A stretch of 64,000 bases of DNA from an uncultured virus (IMG/VR IMGVR_UViG_3300033075_000331) (taxonomy: Duplodnaviria > Heunggongvirae > Uroviricota > Caudoviricetes), in the IMG/VR virus record IMGVR_UViG_3300033075_000331, one strand, 5' to 3'. Below, in pieces: positions 1 to 10,343 of this stretch. Below the pieces are notes generated by a model. The model was not told the DNA's origin. It made no database searches and saw only the letters and a program-made list of their open reading frames with translations. The first letter of the stretch is position 1. Each line of letters begins with the position of its first letter. Made by a program: the position numbers and the translations under genes.

Positions 1-652
1 GGTGGGCAAACTTCGCCGCCATTGCCGGATTTTTCTTCTTCAATCGTGCATACACCGCGACGATTGCCTTCAACGTGAGCAGATCAGTGCGACGTGAACG
101 TTGTTCATTGTTCATGTCCAAATCTACATCATCCTCTTTTACAGGACGTGCGGGTGTCAACTCTAAGGTGTCCGGAGTCAAGGCACCCTTTTCTTCAATC
201 TTCTGCTGAGACGCATCGACCGGATGTGTTTGGGGTTGATCATCTGGAATTTCAAAATAGCGTTCCAAAATTCGACCCATATCATCATACAGCGCAGTCA
301 TACGCTGATTGAGTGCATCGGCTTCTGTTGCGAGCTTGGTGAAATCTCCCGCATACGTCTTGATTTCCTTCATGTTGCGCTTGAGCGTGTGAGCATCGAA
401 CCAATCATCAGCTTCGTTGACGACGGCATACTCAGCATATTCGGCAATTTGTGCGAGGCGCGTACCAACTTCCTGCATGGTGGTTGAACGACGTAGAGCT
501 TCCCCGAGCTTGTTGTATTGAGAAATTGCATTCAATACTTCTTCCAAACTCAATTGTGGTTGCTGTACAGGTTGAGCCATCATAGCGGACTGCTGGGGCT
601 GACGTAGTTTTGCCGACAAGTCTTGTTGTGGAGCGCGCATATCTAGTGGCAT
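1..652 (-). CDS. Hypothetical head-module protein (3'-truncated at window edge)
   Basis: Read by hand from ATG at 652 (MPLDMRAPQQ...DDWFDAHTLKRNMKE...LYDDMGRILERYFEI); absent from the ORF track, probably because it runs off the edge; RBS AAGGAG just upstream. Confidence 0.7.
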   Translation of the reverse strand, partial: MPLDMRAPQQDLSAKLRQPQQSAMMAQPVQQPQLSLEEVLNAISQYNKLGEALRRSTTMQEVGTRLAQIAEYAEYAVVNEADDWFDAHTLKRNMKEIKTYAGDFTKLATEADALNQRMTALYDDMGRILERYFEIPDDQPQTHPVDASQQKIEEKGALTPDTLELTPARPVKEDDVDLDMNNEQRSRRTDLLTLKAIVAVYARLKKKNPAMAAKFAH

Positions 653-662
653 CTGAAACTCC

Positions 663-1334
663 TTACTTTCCAATATGTGTAATAAAATCCACGTATAACG
701 AATTGAAACGATCATGACGTGCGCTGGCAATGGTATTCTTCACCCCTTCTGCCAAGAATGCGCCATGGGTTGATGGATTGGATACAATATCAAAACAGAT
801 GAGATTGAAATCATCTTCCACTTGTACTTGGCTTTCACCAATTTGACGCACTGAACCTACTCCACGAGACGAGACGCCCAAACGAATGCCGTTGCGCATC
901 AATTCTTTTACAATGTTGCCAGATGGAGTGGAGAGAATTTCCATTTCCCCGACCAAATCATTTCCTTCCCAATGCATGTCTACCACGTTATGTGACACGT
1001 TCTTGAGATTTACGACCGTGGATTCTGGGTGGTCCAATTCTCCGAGAGCACGACGTTGTGTCACAAACTCAGTTAGATATTTCTGACATTCACGTTCCAA
1101 AATCGGACGAGGATAACGACGACCGTTTTGATTTTCTGATTCGGCACGTTGGAAAATTCCCTTGATGCGAATGACGCCATTGTTGTTGATCGCTTCCGTA
1201 ATCAATTGTCTATCGTATTGCAATGGGGTATATTCTACTAACAATTGTCTCATGACTTTAACTCCCGAATTTTCTCTGACATTCGCAACAACCGATTTTC
1301 CATCATCGTCAAATGTTTCGCTGTGCGCTTCCAT
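663..1334 (-). CDS. Prohead core protease (T4 gp21-like)
   Basis: Motifs NQNGRRYP, GELDHP, ILSTPSG, GVSSRG, DIVSNPS; next to the portal gene. True start may be the Met of MRQLLVE. Confidence 0.95.
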   Translation of the reverse strand: MEAHSETFDDDGKSVVANVRENSGVKVMRQLLVEYTPLQYDRQLITEAINNNGVIRIKGIFQRAESENQNGRRYPRPILERECQKYLTEFVTQRRALGELDHPESTVVNLKNVSHNVVDMHWEGNDLVGEMEILSTPSGNIVKELMRNGIRLGVSSRGVGSVRQIGESQVQVEDDFNLICFDIVSNPSTHGAFLAEGVKNTIASARHDRFNSLYVDFITHIGK

Positions 1335-1735
1335 AGACCCGACGCTTCCATGTTGGATTCCGTCTTGAGTCGAGCACTCATTGTCACTAAACGATCTAAT
1401 TCATTCAATGCACGATTAATGTCGCGCACCGATTCACCGATTTTACGTGCCGTAGACTTTGAAGGATCATTCTTGAATGCAAGATAGCGATTTTCCGACA
1501 ATGAAGATTCTCCTTCATCGTCTTTACCAACTAAGGTATATCCACTTGCCTTCAAGGCGATTCTATTACGCACAACCTTCCCAGCCTTACCCTTGGCAGC
1601 AAACGCTTTTGGCGTCTCAAATGCACCAGCGCCCGCACTCGTTGATACTTCGTCAAGTTCTGCGGCCAATAACTCACGCAGAATGGTTCTGATCTTATCA
1701 CGCATCGGCAATCTCTTTTTGCATTTCATACGCAA
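1250..1735 (-). CDS. Hypothetical head-module protein
   Basis: 161 aa ORF in the head operon; likely starts at MRDKIR. Confidence 0.7.
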   Translation of the reverse strand: MRMKCKKRLPMRDKIRTILRELLAAELDEVSTSAGAGAFETPKAFAAKGKAGKVVRNRIALKASGYTLVGKDDEGESSLSENRYLAFKNDPSKSTARKIGESVRDINRALNELDRLVTMSARLKTESNMEASGLWKRTAKHLTMMENRLLRMSEKIRELKS

Positions 1736-2573
1736 TCAACAATGCCGTAACCTCAGCATCGGAGATTGTGGTAGCGGTCTTGAACTTTTCAAGCTGCGTC
1801 GAGACCTCGTTCAATTTGATCTTAACAATCTTGTCTTGTTCGATTTTCGCGAGTTGACGAAGATTTTTTTGTAGAAAAGTTGACTTCTCTCTAACAAATT
1901 GTGCCAACACAGATGCATCTCCTACGCTGTTGATGTATTCACGCAAAAGTGCCTTCTGGTTCTCATTCAAATTACGGTACTTCGCATTAAACTTGTCTAC
2001 AATAATCTTGTAGGTAAGCATACGGAAGTTTTCATCTTGTTCACGCAATTCCTTGAATGCGTCCGGTTCCGGTGCCGACACTACCTTACGTTCACCACAC
2101 AAATGCTCGACCAATGTATAGCGGGCGTTTGCCACTTCATTGATGTTAGAAATCTTCATGCCTTCTTCGGCGCATTCGGTTGCAAACGTCTTGTAAATCG
2201 ACGCATACACTGTATAATCCGCAATCTTACATGCCAAGAAATCCTTCAAAGAATATTGTTCCTTGATTTCCTTAATGAGATTGTATTTTTCGCGCATGAG
2301 CTTGCGTTCATTGAGCGTCTTTCGTTGTGCGACTACCCAATCAATGAAATGCAATGCTTTGACTTCTGACAGTTTTTTGCTATCGAAGAACGCACGATAT
2401 AGTTGCAACTCTTTTCCTAGTTCCGTCGATGAATTGAAATATCTCTGCATGATGGTCAATGCAGCAGACGCTGGCTTGTTGGCCAACGTATCTGCCGTAA
2501 CTTGTCGAACTAACAATTCGAACAGTACACCAGAGTTCTTATATTTCGAATTTGAAATCGCCTTTGATTTCAT
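1698..2573 (-). CDS. Hypothetical helical protein
   Basis: 291 aa ORF between portal and protease genes; candidate late promoter upstream. Confidence 0.8.
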   Translation of the reverse strand: MKSKAISNSKYKNSGVLFELLVRQVTADTLANKPASAALTIMQRYFNSSTELGKELQLYRAFFDSKKLSEVKALHFIDWVVAQRKTLNERKLMREKYNLIKEIKEQYSLKDFLACKIADYTVYASIYKTFATECAEEGMKISNINEVANARYTLVEHLCGERKVVSAPEPDAFKELREQDENFRMLTYKIIVDKFNAKYRNLNENQKALLREYINSVGDASVLAQFVREKSTFLQKNLRQLAKIEQDKIVKIKLNEVSTQLEKFKTATTISDAEVTALLIAYEMQKEIADA

Positions 2574-2650
2574 GAAGTGCTCCGCAATTGACTTGAGTAA
2601 AATCCAATAAAACTGTATATACCAATAAGTAGAGAATAGATTTCTCTAGA

Positions 2651-4519
2651 TTATTCTTTGTCGATGATATTCGTCTCATCTAAGTACGTGCCGTCCAATG
2701 TGTTCTCTGCGAGCATCTGCGATGGACCCGCCAATTTAGACTTGAGATTCTTGATAGAGTATGCTACTTCCAACGACAGTGGTGACTTTTTGGATGGGGT
2801 GCGCTTCTGGCCCACTTGCATGGCTGAATAGCGTTCCTTGAAGCCAAGCGGATCACGTCCTCGCACGTGACTATCTTGTGCGTATGTAGCGCCTTTACGT
2901 GGCTGTCCCCTATCATCAGCCGCCTCATTTTCCAGCGGTAGGTCGTCAAGCGATTGTGGTGCTCCCGATGGTCCCGGTGGCATTGGTTCTCCATCGACTC
3001 CTGCCACCCCATCGTCCATATTTTCTTCGGGTGGGCGCTCTTGAGGAAATCCAAACTTCGCAGGATCGGATTGACCTTGCTCGATTTGCATAAGACGGAA
3101 TTTGAACTTGGTGTCTTCGATGAGTTTTTCCTTGAATGCCTCGTATTGATCTGGTGTCAATTTCATGACCTCTTCGTACATCCATGAATCTGGAATCAAT
3201 TTTGTGCCCTGCATTTGTTGAATCAATGTGATTTGCTGTGTCCAAAGATTGATCTTTTCTTGTTCTGCGATAGTCGATGGATTCGTCAATTCGAGTGAAA
3301 AATTGATCAACTCGTCATCGGTAAACCCTTGTGCGTACAAATGGACAATGGCAATCTTCGTAAGTTCAGATACCACAATACGTTGGATACGTTCAATGGT
3401 GCGAGCAAATCGTACATCTTCTGCGGCCAATGTAGCCTTTCCATTGACATTTTCATCATACCCCAAGAATGCTTTTGGAATCTTGAGCGCCGCCAACATA
3501 CGATTGCGCAAATATTCAATGTCATCAATTGGGCTATATTCTAGACCACCAATGTTGCTAATATCGGTTCCTGAGTCGCCACCACGAACCGGGATGTAGA
3601 AATCTTCCAACAAATTCTGCATATTGTATCGAAGATTGTAATCTCCGGTTGACGGGTCGATGAATGGAACTTTCTTAGATCGATCAATCAGTTTCTGAAT
3701 GTAGGTGTCCACTTCGTTCGGCGGAATGTTTCCAATATCGATCTTGAAAACTCGTTTTTCCGGTGCACGCATGATACGATGGATCAACATGGCGTCTTCC
3801 ATCAAGATTAATTGACGATGTACGCGGCGCGCTCCTTCGATTGCCGCTTTACCATATGGAAGAAAATTGGAATCGCTCAACAAACGGAAGTGAGCGATTT
3901 CGTAGTTTTCGAACTTGGCCTTGGCGCCATTCATGCCCAACGTTTCAAAGTAGACGTAGTGAGGATTTTCCGGCTTCTCACCTTCTACGCGCACGGTATC
4001 ATATACTGAAAGTGGTAATGCGTTAATGATACCATATTTCTCACTGATTTCCAGAAACAAGAAGAAATCCCCGTACTTGCAGAGATTTCTAATCCAAGGC
4101 CACAAATTGAACTCAATATTCAAAATGTCATAGAACAAATTATGCAACACTTCCTTCACATTCTGGTTATCGGTGTGAATGGTTAGAATGTCTCCAAATT
4201 CGTTCTTGACAGTTGATTCGTCCGCATAAATGTCCAACGCGCTCGCAATGATGGAGTCGTTGTCCATGACGTCGTAATCACGGAATAACATAAGGCGCTG
4301 TGTTTGGTACGCCATGTTGATTCCGTACGAATTACCCGGACCAGCCATTCCATACGATCCAGCGTGGATACGAGAATACTTGTCACGGAAATTATTCGAT
4401 TGATAGCCTTGTACATTATCGGTATCGGCTACCTTCAAACGCTTACCACCAACGTTACGAACGATAACGTTGGTTGAAAACAATCTACGTAAGCGAGAAT
4501 ATAGTGATTTATCAGCCAT
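2651..4519 (-). CDS. Portal protein (T4 gp20-like)
   Basis: LMEDAMLIHRIMRAPEKRVFKIDIGN, LEDFYIPVRGG, DIEYL...ALKIPK motifs. Confidence 0.97.
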   Translation of the reverse strand: MADKSLYSRLRRLFSTNVIVRNVGGKRLKVADTDNVQGYQSNNFRDKYSRIHAGSYGMAGPGNSYGINMAYQTQRLMLFRDYDVMDNDSIIASALDIYADESTVKNEFGDILTIHTDNQNVKEVLHNLFYDILNIEFNLWPWIRNLCKYGDFFLFLEISEKYGIINALPLSVYDTVRVEGEKPENPHYVYFETLGMNGAKAKFENYEIAHFRLLSDSNFLPYGKAAIEGARRVHRQLILMEDAMLIHRIMRAPEKRVFKIDIGNIPPNEVDTYIQKLIDRSKKVPFIDPSTGDYNLRYNMQNLLEDFYIPVRGGDSGTDISNIGGLEYSPIDDIEYLRNRMLAALKIPKAFLGYDENVNGKATLAAEDVRFARTIERIQRIVVSELTKIAIVHLYAQGFTDDELINFSLELTNPSTIAEQEKINLWTQQITLIQQMQGTKLIPDSWMYEEVMKLTPDQYEAFKEKLIEDTKFKFRLMQIEQGQSDPAKFGFPQERPPEENMDDGVAGVDGEPMPPGPSGAPQSLDDLPLENEAADDRGQPRKGATYAQDSHVRGRDPLGFKERYSAMQVGQKRTPSKKSPLSLEVAYSIKNLKSKLAGPSQMLAENTLDGTYLDETNIIDKE

Positions 4520-4548
4520 GCATTCCTCAAATAGAGCGAGTAAACTAG

Positions 4549-4938
4549 TTAGTGTAGCATATCTCTATACATAGCAAGCATTTCGTGTATAGAGGCGTTA
4601 AATGATCCTTCAAACTCATTACCCAAGTCAATTATCTTATCGACCGAGGCATATATCTTGACACATACTGCTAAACCACGCGTGTCTTGTAGTGCGCGAG
4701 CCAACCAGCGATGGTGTCCATCCACAATGCTGTTATCTTCTGCGACGAGAATTGGGACAGTGATGGGCGTCTTCGACATTTGCACCACTTTGTCTCGTTT
4801 CAACTCATCTTGAATGGGCTTTAGTGACGCTACCGGAATCAAAACGGGCTCAGACGATACTCCACGTTCTCTACAAAACTTCAAAAACTCTGCTAATTGA
4901 GCTTCTGGAATTTGTGGCAGTTCAGTTCTGCTGTACAT
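4549..4938 (-). CDS. ParB/Srx-like domain protein
   Basis: LKPIQ...PILV...IVDGHHRWLA motif. Confidence 0.75.
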   Translation of the reverse strand: MYSRTELPQIPEAQLAEFLKFCRERGVSSEPVLIPVASLKPIQDELKRDKVVQMSKTPITVPILVAEDNSIVDGHHRWLARALQDTRGLAVCVKIYASVDKIIDLGNEFEGSFNASIHEMLAMYRDMLH

Positions 4939-5545
4939 CGCGACTTACGGACGGCAAATGATATGTTTTAACCGACACTCCTTTACGATTGAATGTAGCA
5001 CGCAAGGATTCTACCGCAGAAATGTTCTTTTTATCCTTGTCAAAATACACAATTTGCTTGTATCCTTCCTTGATCTTCAACTTCAGGAAATCATGAATTT
5101 TCTGTGACTCTCCTGATCCAATTGGCTTCAACTTGACTCCACTAGAAATTCCCACGCTGACCAAGAACTTTGCGGCGGCTTCTTCCCCACCCAAAGGTGT
5201 CAATAAAAGAAAATCATTGCCAGACTCAATAGCCTTCTTTAGCATATGAGTGTACTTTTCAAGAAATTTAGACTTGTCGGGCACGGTGCCAGATGCCAAA
5301 GACTCATCAATATTGAATACTACCAATTTACCTAAGTCTTTTTCGACTGGCTTATTACCGCCGTCCTTCCACACAAACTTCCCATCCTTTGTAATTGCCT
5401 TTGTTTCGCGAGTTTTTGGATCAATCCATTGCGCAAATCCACCATAGACGAGACCATGTGCCTTGGCAATTTCGCCCGGCGTTTGTTCCTCGTTCAGCAA
5501 TCCCATCAAAACCTCTGTTACCAATGCTGTGACGTTGTAATTCAT
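4922..5545 (-). CDS. Hypothetical protein, degenerate HAD-like C-terminal domain
   Basis: LVVFNIDESL and IVYFDKDKKNI resemble HAD motifs I and IV without the catalytic Asp. Confidence 0.55.
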   Translation of the reverse strand: MNYNVTALVTEVLMGLLNEEQTPGEIAKAHGLVYGGFAQWIDPKTRETKAITKDGKFVWKDGGNKPVEKDLGKLVVFNIDESLASGTVPDKSKFLEKYTHMLKKAIESGNDFLLLTPLGGEEAAAKFLVSVGISSGVKLKPIGSGESQKIHDFLKLKIKEGYKQIVYFDKDKKNISAVESLRATFNRKGVSVKTYHLPSVSRDVQQN

Positions 5546-5560
5546 AGTATTCTCTCAAAA

Positions 5561-7177
5561 TTAGCCCAACAACCAACGAATGTCTTCAAATTGACCCGGC
5601 ATAACCCCCGGAATGCGATATGGGTCTTCCGTCTGTCGTAATGGTGTATAAATAGGCTCTCCACCTGTGCGATGGAACTTATCTAGCGCCAATTTCGACA
5701 ATTGAATACCCTGTGCGTGCAACTGTAGTGCAGTATCTCGGACCCACAACCCAATTGATAGCGACATTACCAAGTCGTCGTTGTACCCTTCCATTGCCTG
5801 TGCCTTTCCATTGTCCCAAATAAAGACACGAAGTTCTTCAATGGTACGCATAGACATAATTTGCACAGCGTGGTCCAACATATATGTAGTTAATTTGCTG
5901 ATGATTAATGGTCTTGTTCTGGAAGATGTTGTAAATCCCGCCACAGATTTCTTCTCTTTGGCGTACAATTTGTTGCTTTGAGGCTTGGTATCGTCCACCA
6001 CACGCAAATCTTCCGTCATGTAGAAGAGATTACGATATCCACGATCAATGATACGCTGCAATACCGCCCATCCATGGTTAGCATTTTCTACTACGAGCAA
6101 TGCATCCATGTATTCGGTGCCGATGGCTACTAGCATGTCGGCAAAATCATTGGTATTGACCTTTCCCTTGTACTCTGCGACCTGACGGCATGACTCCACA
6201 TCCAGTACGTGGAATGCCGATTTGTCTAATCCGTCTCCTCGCGCAACGTCGGCCACGATCACATAGGCTTTGCTTGGATTTGGAGACTCCCATACCCAAA
6301 TATTTCCATCCAATCCACGCTTGTAGGCGGGTTGTGTGGTCAATGTCGCGTAGTGCTCGATTAATTCAGCGTCCACAACCGTATTACCGGACCCAATGAA
6401 CTCTGCGTCGTATTCTTGACGAGCTTCGCGTTCTCCCATGTGGCGCGTCATGCTATCTCGCCATTCTTGTGTACGACCCGGCACCACTTTCCAATCCAAC
6501 TTGATAGGATTGAATAGCGCATCGCGACCATCACTCAATTCTGTGTCAGATTGGTGTGTAATGGCGTTCGCCCATGTCTTATGGAAAAAGTTACCAACGC
6601 CGTTTGGTGTGGAAATCAATACACCTTTACCGCCCGTTGAAAGTGTTGGAAGTGCAGCAGTCCAGATTTCCTCTGCGTTCTTGATGAAGGCGGCTTCGTC
6701 CAAGATCAACAATGACAAAGCTTCCGAACGTCCTGAGTCTCCTGCGGCGGTTGATGCTTTGATCTGCGATCCATTACGGAAGCGCATGGAAAGCTTGTTC
6801 TTTTCCGTACACTCCACTTTCAACCAAATTGGAAGATTCTCAAAAGCATAACGAACCTTGGTGATAAGGTTTTTGGCAGTGTCTTGCTTCGTAGCAATAA
6901 CCAGAATGTTCTTGTCCTTGTAAAACAACATCAGCCACAGCGCATAACACGCCACAGCCGTTGAAATACCAATCTGACGTCCTTTCAATACTACGTTAAA
7001 CTGATTGTCTTCAAAATCCGTAATGGCCTTCTCCTGATAATCATATAGATCAAACAGGATACGGCCACGAATTGGATGTTGAATATGACAATACTTTCTA
7101 ATGAAATATTGTGGACTTTGGGCGCAGCGTTTGTATTCTTCACGAATCGCCGCTTTTACGTCAATCTTCTCGCTCAT
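5561..7177 (-). CDS. terL: Terminase large subunit
   Basis: KGRQIGIST Walker A, LLILDEAAF Walker B, ISTPNG, ADVARGDGLD nuclease motif, DDLVMSL. Confidence 0.97.
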   Translation of the reverse strand: MSEKIDVKAAIREEYKRCAQSPQYFIRKYCHIQHPIRGRILFDLYDYQEKAITDFEDNQFNVVLKGRQIGISTAVACYALWLMLFYKDKNILVIATKQDTAKNLITKVRYAFENLPIWLKVECTEKNKLSMRFRNGSQIKASTAAGDSGRSEALSLLILDEAAFIKNAEEIWTAALPTLSTGGKGVLISTPNGVGNFFHKTWANAITHQSDTELSDGRDALFNPIKLDWKVVPGRTQEWRDSMTRHMGEREARQEYDAEFIGSGNTVVDAELIEHYATLTTQPAYKRGLDGNIWVWESPNPSKAYVIVADVARGDGLDKSAFHVLDVESCRQVAEYKGKVNTNDFADMLVAIGTEYMDALLVVENANHGWAVLQRIIDRGYRNLFYMTEDLRVVDDTKPQSNKLYAKEKKSVAGFTTSSRTRPLIISKLTTYMLDHAVQIMSMRTIEELRVFIWDNGKAQAMEGYNDDLVMSLSIGLWVRDTALQLHAQGIQLSKLALDKFHRTGGEPIYTPLRQTEDPYRIPGVMPGQFEDIRWLLG

Positions 7178-7182
7178 GCAAA

Positions 7183-7809
7183 TTACCGGGTTACATAGAT
7201 GCCCGTCGCTAAACCAGCAACGGCACCGACCACGAAGGTTGCTTTACGTGACGGCATGGGAATGAAACCCAACAACTTTGGTGCTTTATATTTTGGAACC
7301 GTAATAACAAGCTTGCGCAATGAATCGCTCTGTGTTTGCAACAACGACTTTTGTGTAGTAAGCAAAGAGATATCCCGCACACGTAATGTATCACGAGATT
7401 CCAACACTTGCACTAACGCATGAAGCGTATCGGTTTCTTCTCTAAGTGCCGTGGCTACCTTGAATACTTCATGACAGGAATCATCAAGCGGCGCATTGGC
7501 GATGGAATCCAGTTTGGTACCATTCGTCGTGTGCTGTGTCTTACTTGATGCGGTTAATACTTTGATGCGGTCGTCCTTTTGAGCAACCTTGACGGCGAGT
7601 TGGGCACGAGCACTGTCTACAATCTTCAATGCTTTTTGGATAGAATCTGCGTGAGCCAGTGTCGTTTTACGATCTTGCTCCCACTTCTTCATATCTGCCG
7701 AGTATTGTGATTCTACCGACTTACGTCCCCATTGACCGATAGTATACGATGCAAAACAGAGCACCAATAAAACGGCAATTCCAGACAATAGTTTTGATGC
7801 GTTATTCAT
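7183..7809 (-). CDS. Membrane-anchored coiled-coil protein (possibly spanin-like)
   Basis: Hydrophobic segments at both ends flank a long coiled-coil region. Confidence 0.55.
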   Translation of the reverse strand: MNNASKLLSGIAVLLVLCFASYTIGQWGRKSVESQYSADMKKWEQDRKTTLAHADSIQKALKIVDSARAQLAVKVAQKDDRIKVLTASSKTQHTTNGTKLDSIANAPLDDSCHEVFKVATALREETDTLHALVQVLESRDTLRVRDISLLTTQKSLLQTQSDSLRKLVITVPKYKAPKLLGFIPMPSRKATFVVGAVAGLATGIYVTR

Positions 7810-8437
7810 CTTGCATCTCCTGTTCTTCTTCCTTTAGAATTTGTTCCAGACGACGTTCCATAATTTCAACATCGGCAAGTAACGTTTCAAACTGTTCTTT
7901 GAATTGTGCTTTGGTTGCAATCTTTTCCCATCGCCCATCTTCAAAGTGAATCTGCGGTTCTGTAAAATCTCTGATATATGACAACACTTCGTCGATCTTG
8001 TCTTTCAGAAATGACTTTTCATTCTCTCGTAACGCGCGTTTTTCGAACTCTTCCCATTTTCCTTCGATCCGCATCTTTCCTTCCCATTCGATATTACAGT
8101 CGAAGCACCATCCACGCAGATAATAGAACTTACGATCAAATCGGTGATTCATAGGTTTGCTACATTCGGGACACCAAAATGGCATACGAGCATCTTGTAA
8201 TGTCGATATGGATTGTGGTACTCCATTCTTCATGACCCAACCTTTTCCGTTATGATCACGCCACGTTTCACCATCTTTACGGACAATTTTTTGCGGAACA
8301 TACTGACTGACTACCAATCGGTTTGCCCACTTATCCATCTTTGATGCTACACGATTTCGCAACTCCTCAATTTTTTTCTCTACAACTTCCGGTGCTTCTT
8401 TCTTGACGTAACTTTGCGGTTCTTGAAAATCATTCAT
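7802..8437 (-). CDS. Hypothetical Zn-finger protein
   Basis: CPEC and CFDC pairs. Confidence 0.7.
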   Translation of the reverse strand: MNDFQEPQSYVKKEAPEVVEKKIEELRNRVASKMDKWANRLVVSQYVPQKIVRKDGETWRDHNGKGWVMKNGVPQSISTLQDARMPFWCPECSKPMNHRFDRKFYYLRGWCFDCNIEWEGKMRIEGKWEEFEKRALRENEKSFLKDKIDEVLSYIRDFTEPQIHFEDGRWEKIATKAQFKEQFETLLADVEIMERRLEQILKEEEQEMQDE

Positions 8438-8446
8438 GTATCACCT

Positions 8447-9043
8447 TTATATTCCTTCTGGTATGGCTGGCCACTGAATTGAAGCCATGATTGCCCGTAA
8501 TTCATCTATTGTTGCTGCGGTGTTCAATTCTTCAATTGCTCCGCGTCGAATGCCTTCAATTTGTGAACCCATCATCGTCCATGCCTGAAATAGATAGGTA
8601 ACAAGCTGCACAACCGAATCCATAGACTGACTTGTATGTAACGCCTCGTAATAAATCCATGGATATTGTGATGGATCAATCGACCCCGATACTGCCTGTA
8701 CTGCTAAATATCGTCTCGCGTCATCCAATTTCATGAGATAGGTAATTTCCTGTCCCGGTACGTTGGTCATAATTGCGGCGCGCAACTTTCCGGCATCGAC
8801 GCTGACTTGATCCTTGAACTGTTTTCGTATTTCTTCGATATCAGGTTGTCGTGTTTGCACTGGTTCTGGTGCGGGTGCGGCATCTTGAATAAATTGTCCA
8901 TCAATATACCGCCAATTTTCTTGTGGCTGCGGATCGATGTTTGTAATGTCTATAATGACAAGAGCAGGATCGAGATACGGGTTGGTTTCCGCCTCAAAAA
9001 TCCAATGTACCCTATTTTCTATAATCTGTGCAAATTTAGGCAT
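8447..9043 (-). CDS. Tail fiber assembly/chaperone-like protein
   Basis: IIDITNIDPQPQENWRY N-terminus and a helical C-terminus typical of fiber-associated proteins; follows a Gly-rich fiber gene. Confidence 0.6.
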   Translation of the reverse strand: MPKFAQIIENRVHWIFEAETNPYLDPALVIIDITNIDPQPQENWRYIDGQFIQDAAPAPEPVQTRQPDIEEIRKQFKDQVSVDAGKLRAAIMTNVPGQEITYLMKLDDARRYLAVQAVSGSIDPSQYPWIYYEALHTSQSMDSVVQLVTYLFQAWTMMGSQIEGIRRGAIEELNTAATIDELRAIMASIQWPAIPEGI

Positions 9044-9044
9044 A

Positions 9045-9980
9045 TTACCATTCTAGAAGAATTGCGCCGCTTGTACCTGCGGAACTTGACATTAACACGT
9101 TACTAGACAACGACCCGTTCGTTACGGGTAATCCGGGTGCGCCAATCGTGATGGTAATCGTCTCCGATGGAATCACAGCCACACGACGTCTAATAAATCC
9201 ACTACCACCGCCACCCCCACCGCCACCACCGTTAGTGTCGTTGACGGGAGAATAACCAGCACCACCGCCACCACCCGCACCATATCCCGACCCAACAGAA
9301 CCCGTTTCTCCATTACTTCCACCAGCACCAGCCGTTCCTAAAATACTACCACCGCCACCGCCACCGCCACCATATACTGACGTTGCCGTACATTTACCAC
9401 CCGCACCACCACCACCACCATAATATTCTCTAAACTGAAATTCGGCATTAAGATAATCATGAACATATGCGCGCCGGGGGAGCCCACCACCAGCGCCAGC
9501 ATTTAAATTACTGGACCCTCCGTGAATACCACCCGCTCCGACTTCTTTACCATATGAGCTTGTGTAATACGAATATGTAGAATCTAAAGTAGCGGGACCA
9601 CCATCAATTGCCTCTCCCCGTCCACCAAGCGGAGGATTACCAAGTCCGCCATTAGAAGTAGCACGTGAAAAAACGTCGGTGACAGAACGTCCACCCGCTC
9701 CACCAACACCACCGTGAGCAGCGCCGCCAGTCCCGCCAGAGCCCCCGACCGCAGACAAATATGTACCAAACGAGGTAGTCCCACCAGCACTACCCGTATA
9801 CCCCGGATAGTTTGGATTGGTTGACTGAAATGATCCGCCACCACCAGAACCACCCGCACCTACCATGGTTACGTATACGACGCGTACATCAGCAGGAACT
9901 TGCCATGTGGTGGACCCGGTAAAAAACACACGGTTTGTTAATACTATTCGTTGATTGAGATAATTGAGATATCTAGGCAT
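9045..9980 (-). CDS. Glycine-rich tail fiber-associated protein
   Basis: TWQVPADV...VTMVGAGGSGG, poly-Gly runs, C-terminal GAILLEW. Confidence 0.75.
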   Translation of the reverse strand: MPRYLNYLNQRIVLTNRVFFTGSTTWQVPADVRVVYVTMVGAGGSGGGGSFQSTNPNYPGYTGSAGGTTSFGTYLSAVGGSGGTGGAAHGGVGGAGGRSVTDVFSRATSNGGLGNPPLGGRGEAIDGGPATLDSTYSYYTSSYGKEVGAGGIHGGSSNLNAGAGGGLPRRAYVHDYLNAEFQFREYYGGGGGAGGKCTATSVYGGGGGGGGSILGTAGAGGSNGETGSVGSGYGAGGGGGAGYSPVNDTNGGGGGGGGGSGFIRRRVAVIPSETITITIGAPGLPVTNGSLSSNVLMSSSAGTSGAILLEW

Positions 9981-9983
9981 GTG

Positions 9984-10301
9984 CTATTCCTCGTATCCCC
10001 ACACCACGGCAGACATGCTTGGTGCGCTCGCATAGGCAATGATTTTCTGCCCATCAGAAGGTGTGAGTCCACTACGTTCCAATGTTCCTCCGTATGCTTC
10101 AAGAGGAACATTGTATTCAATAAAATCTGCGTTGGTAGGAGTCGATGATGAAGATGTGACCATGGCAAGTTGTACCAACAACGTGGTGCTACTCAAATTA
10201 CACAAGTTAATAGTCACCGTTGCACGCTTTGCGACAGGGGCTGTGTAAATGACTTGTGTTTGTCCTGATCCAGAAAAATGTATACCATTAAATCTTGGCA
10301 T
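9984..10301 (-). CDS. Small virion beta-sandwich protein
   Basis: 105 aa, beta-rich, in the fiber cluster; RBS GAGGAGG; ends in TAG. Confidence 0.65.
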   Translation of the reverse strand: MPRFNGIHFSGSGQTQVIYTAPVAKRATVTINLCNLSSTTLLVQLAMVTSSSSTPTNADFIEYNVPLEAYGGTLERSGLTPSDGQKIIAYASAPSMSAVVWGYEE

Positions 10302-10343
10302 GTTTTCTTGCCTCCTCGTTATAGCTATAAATAGTACGAAATG

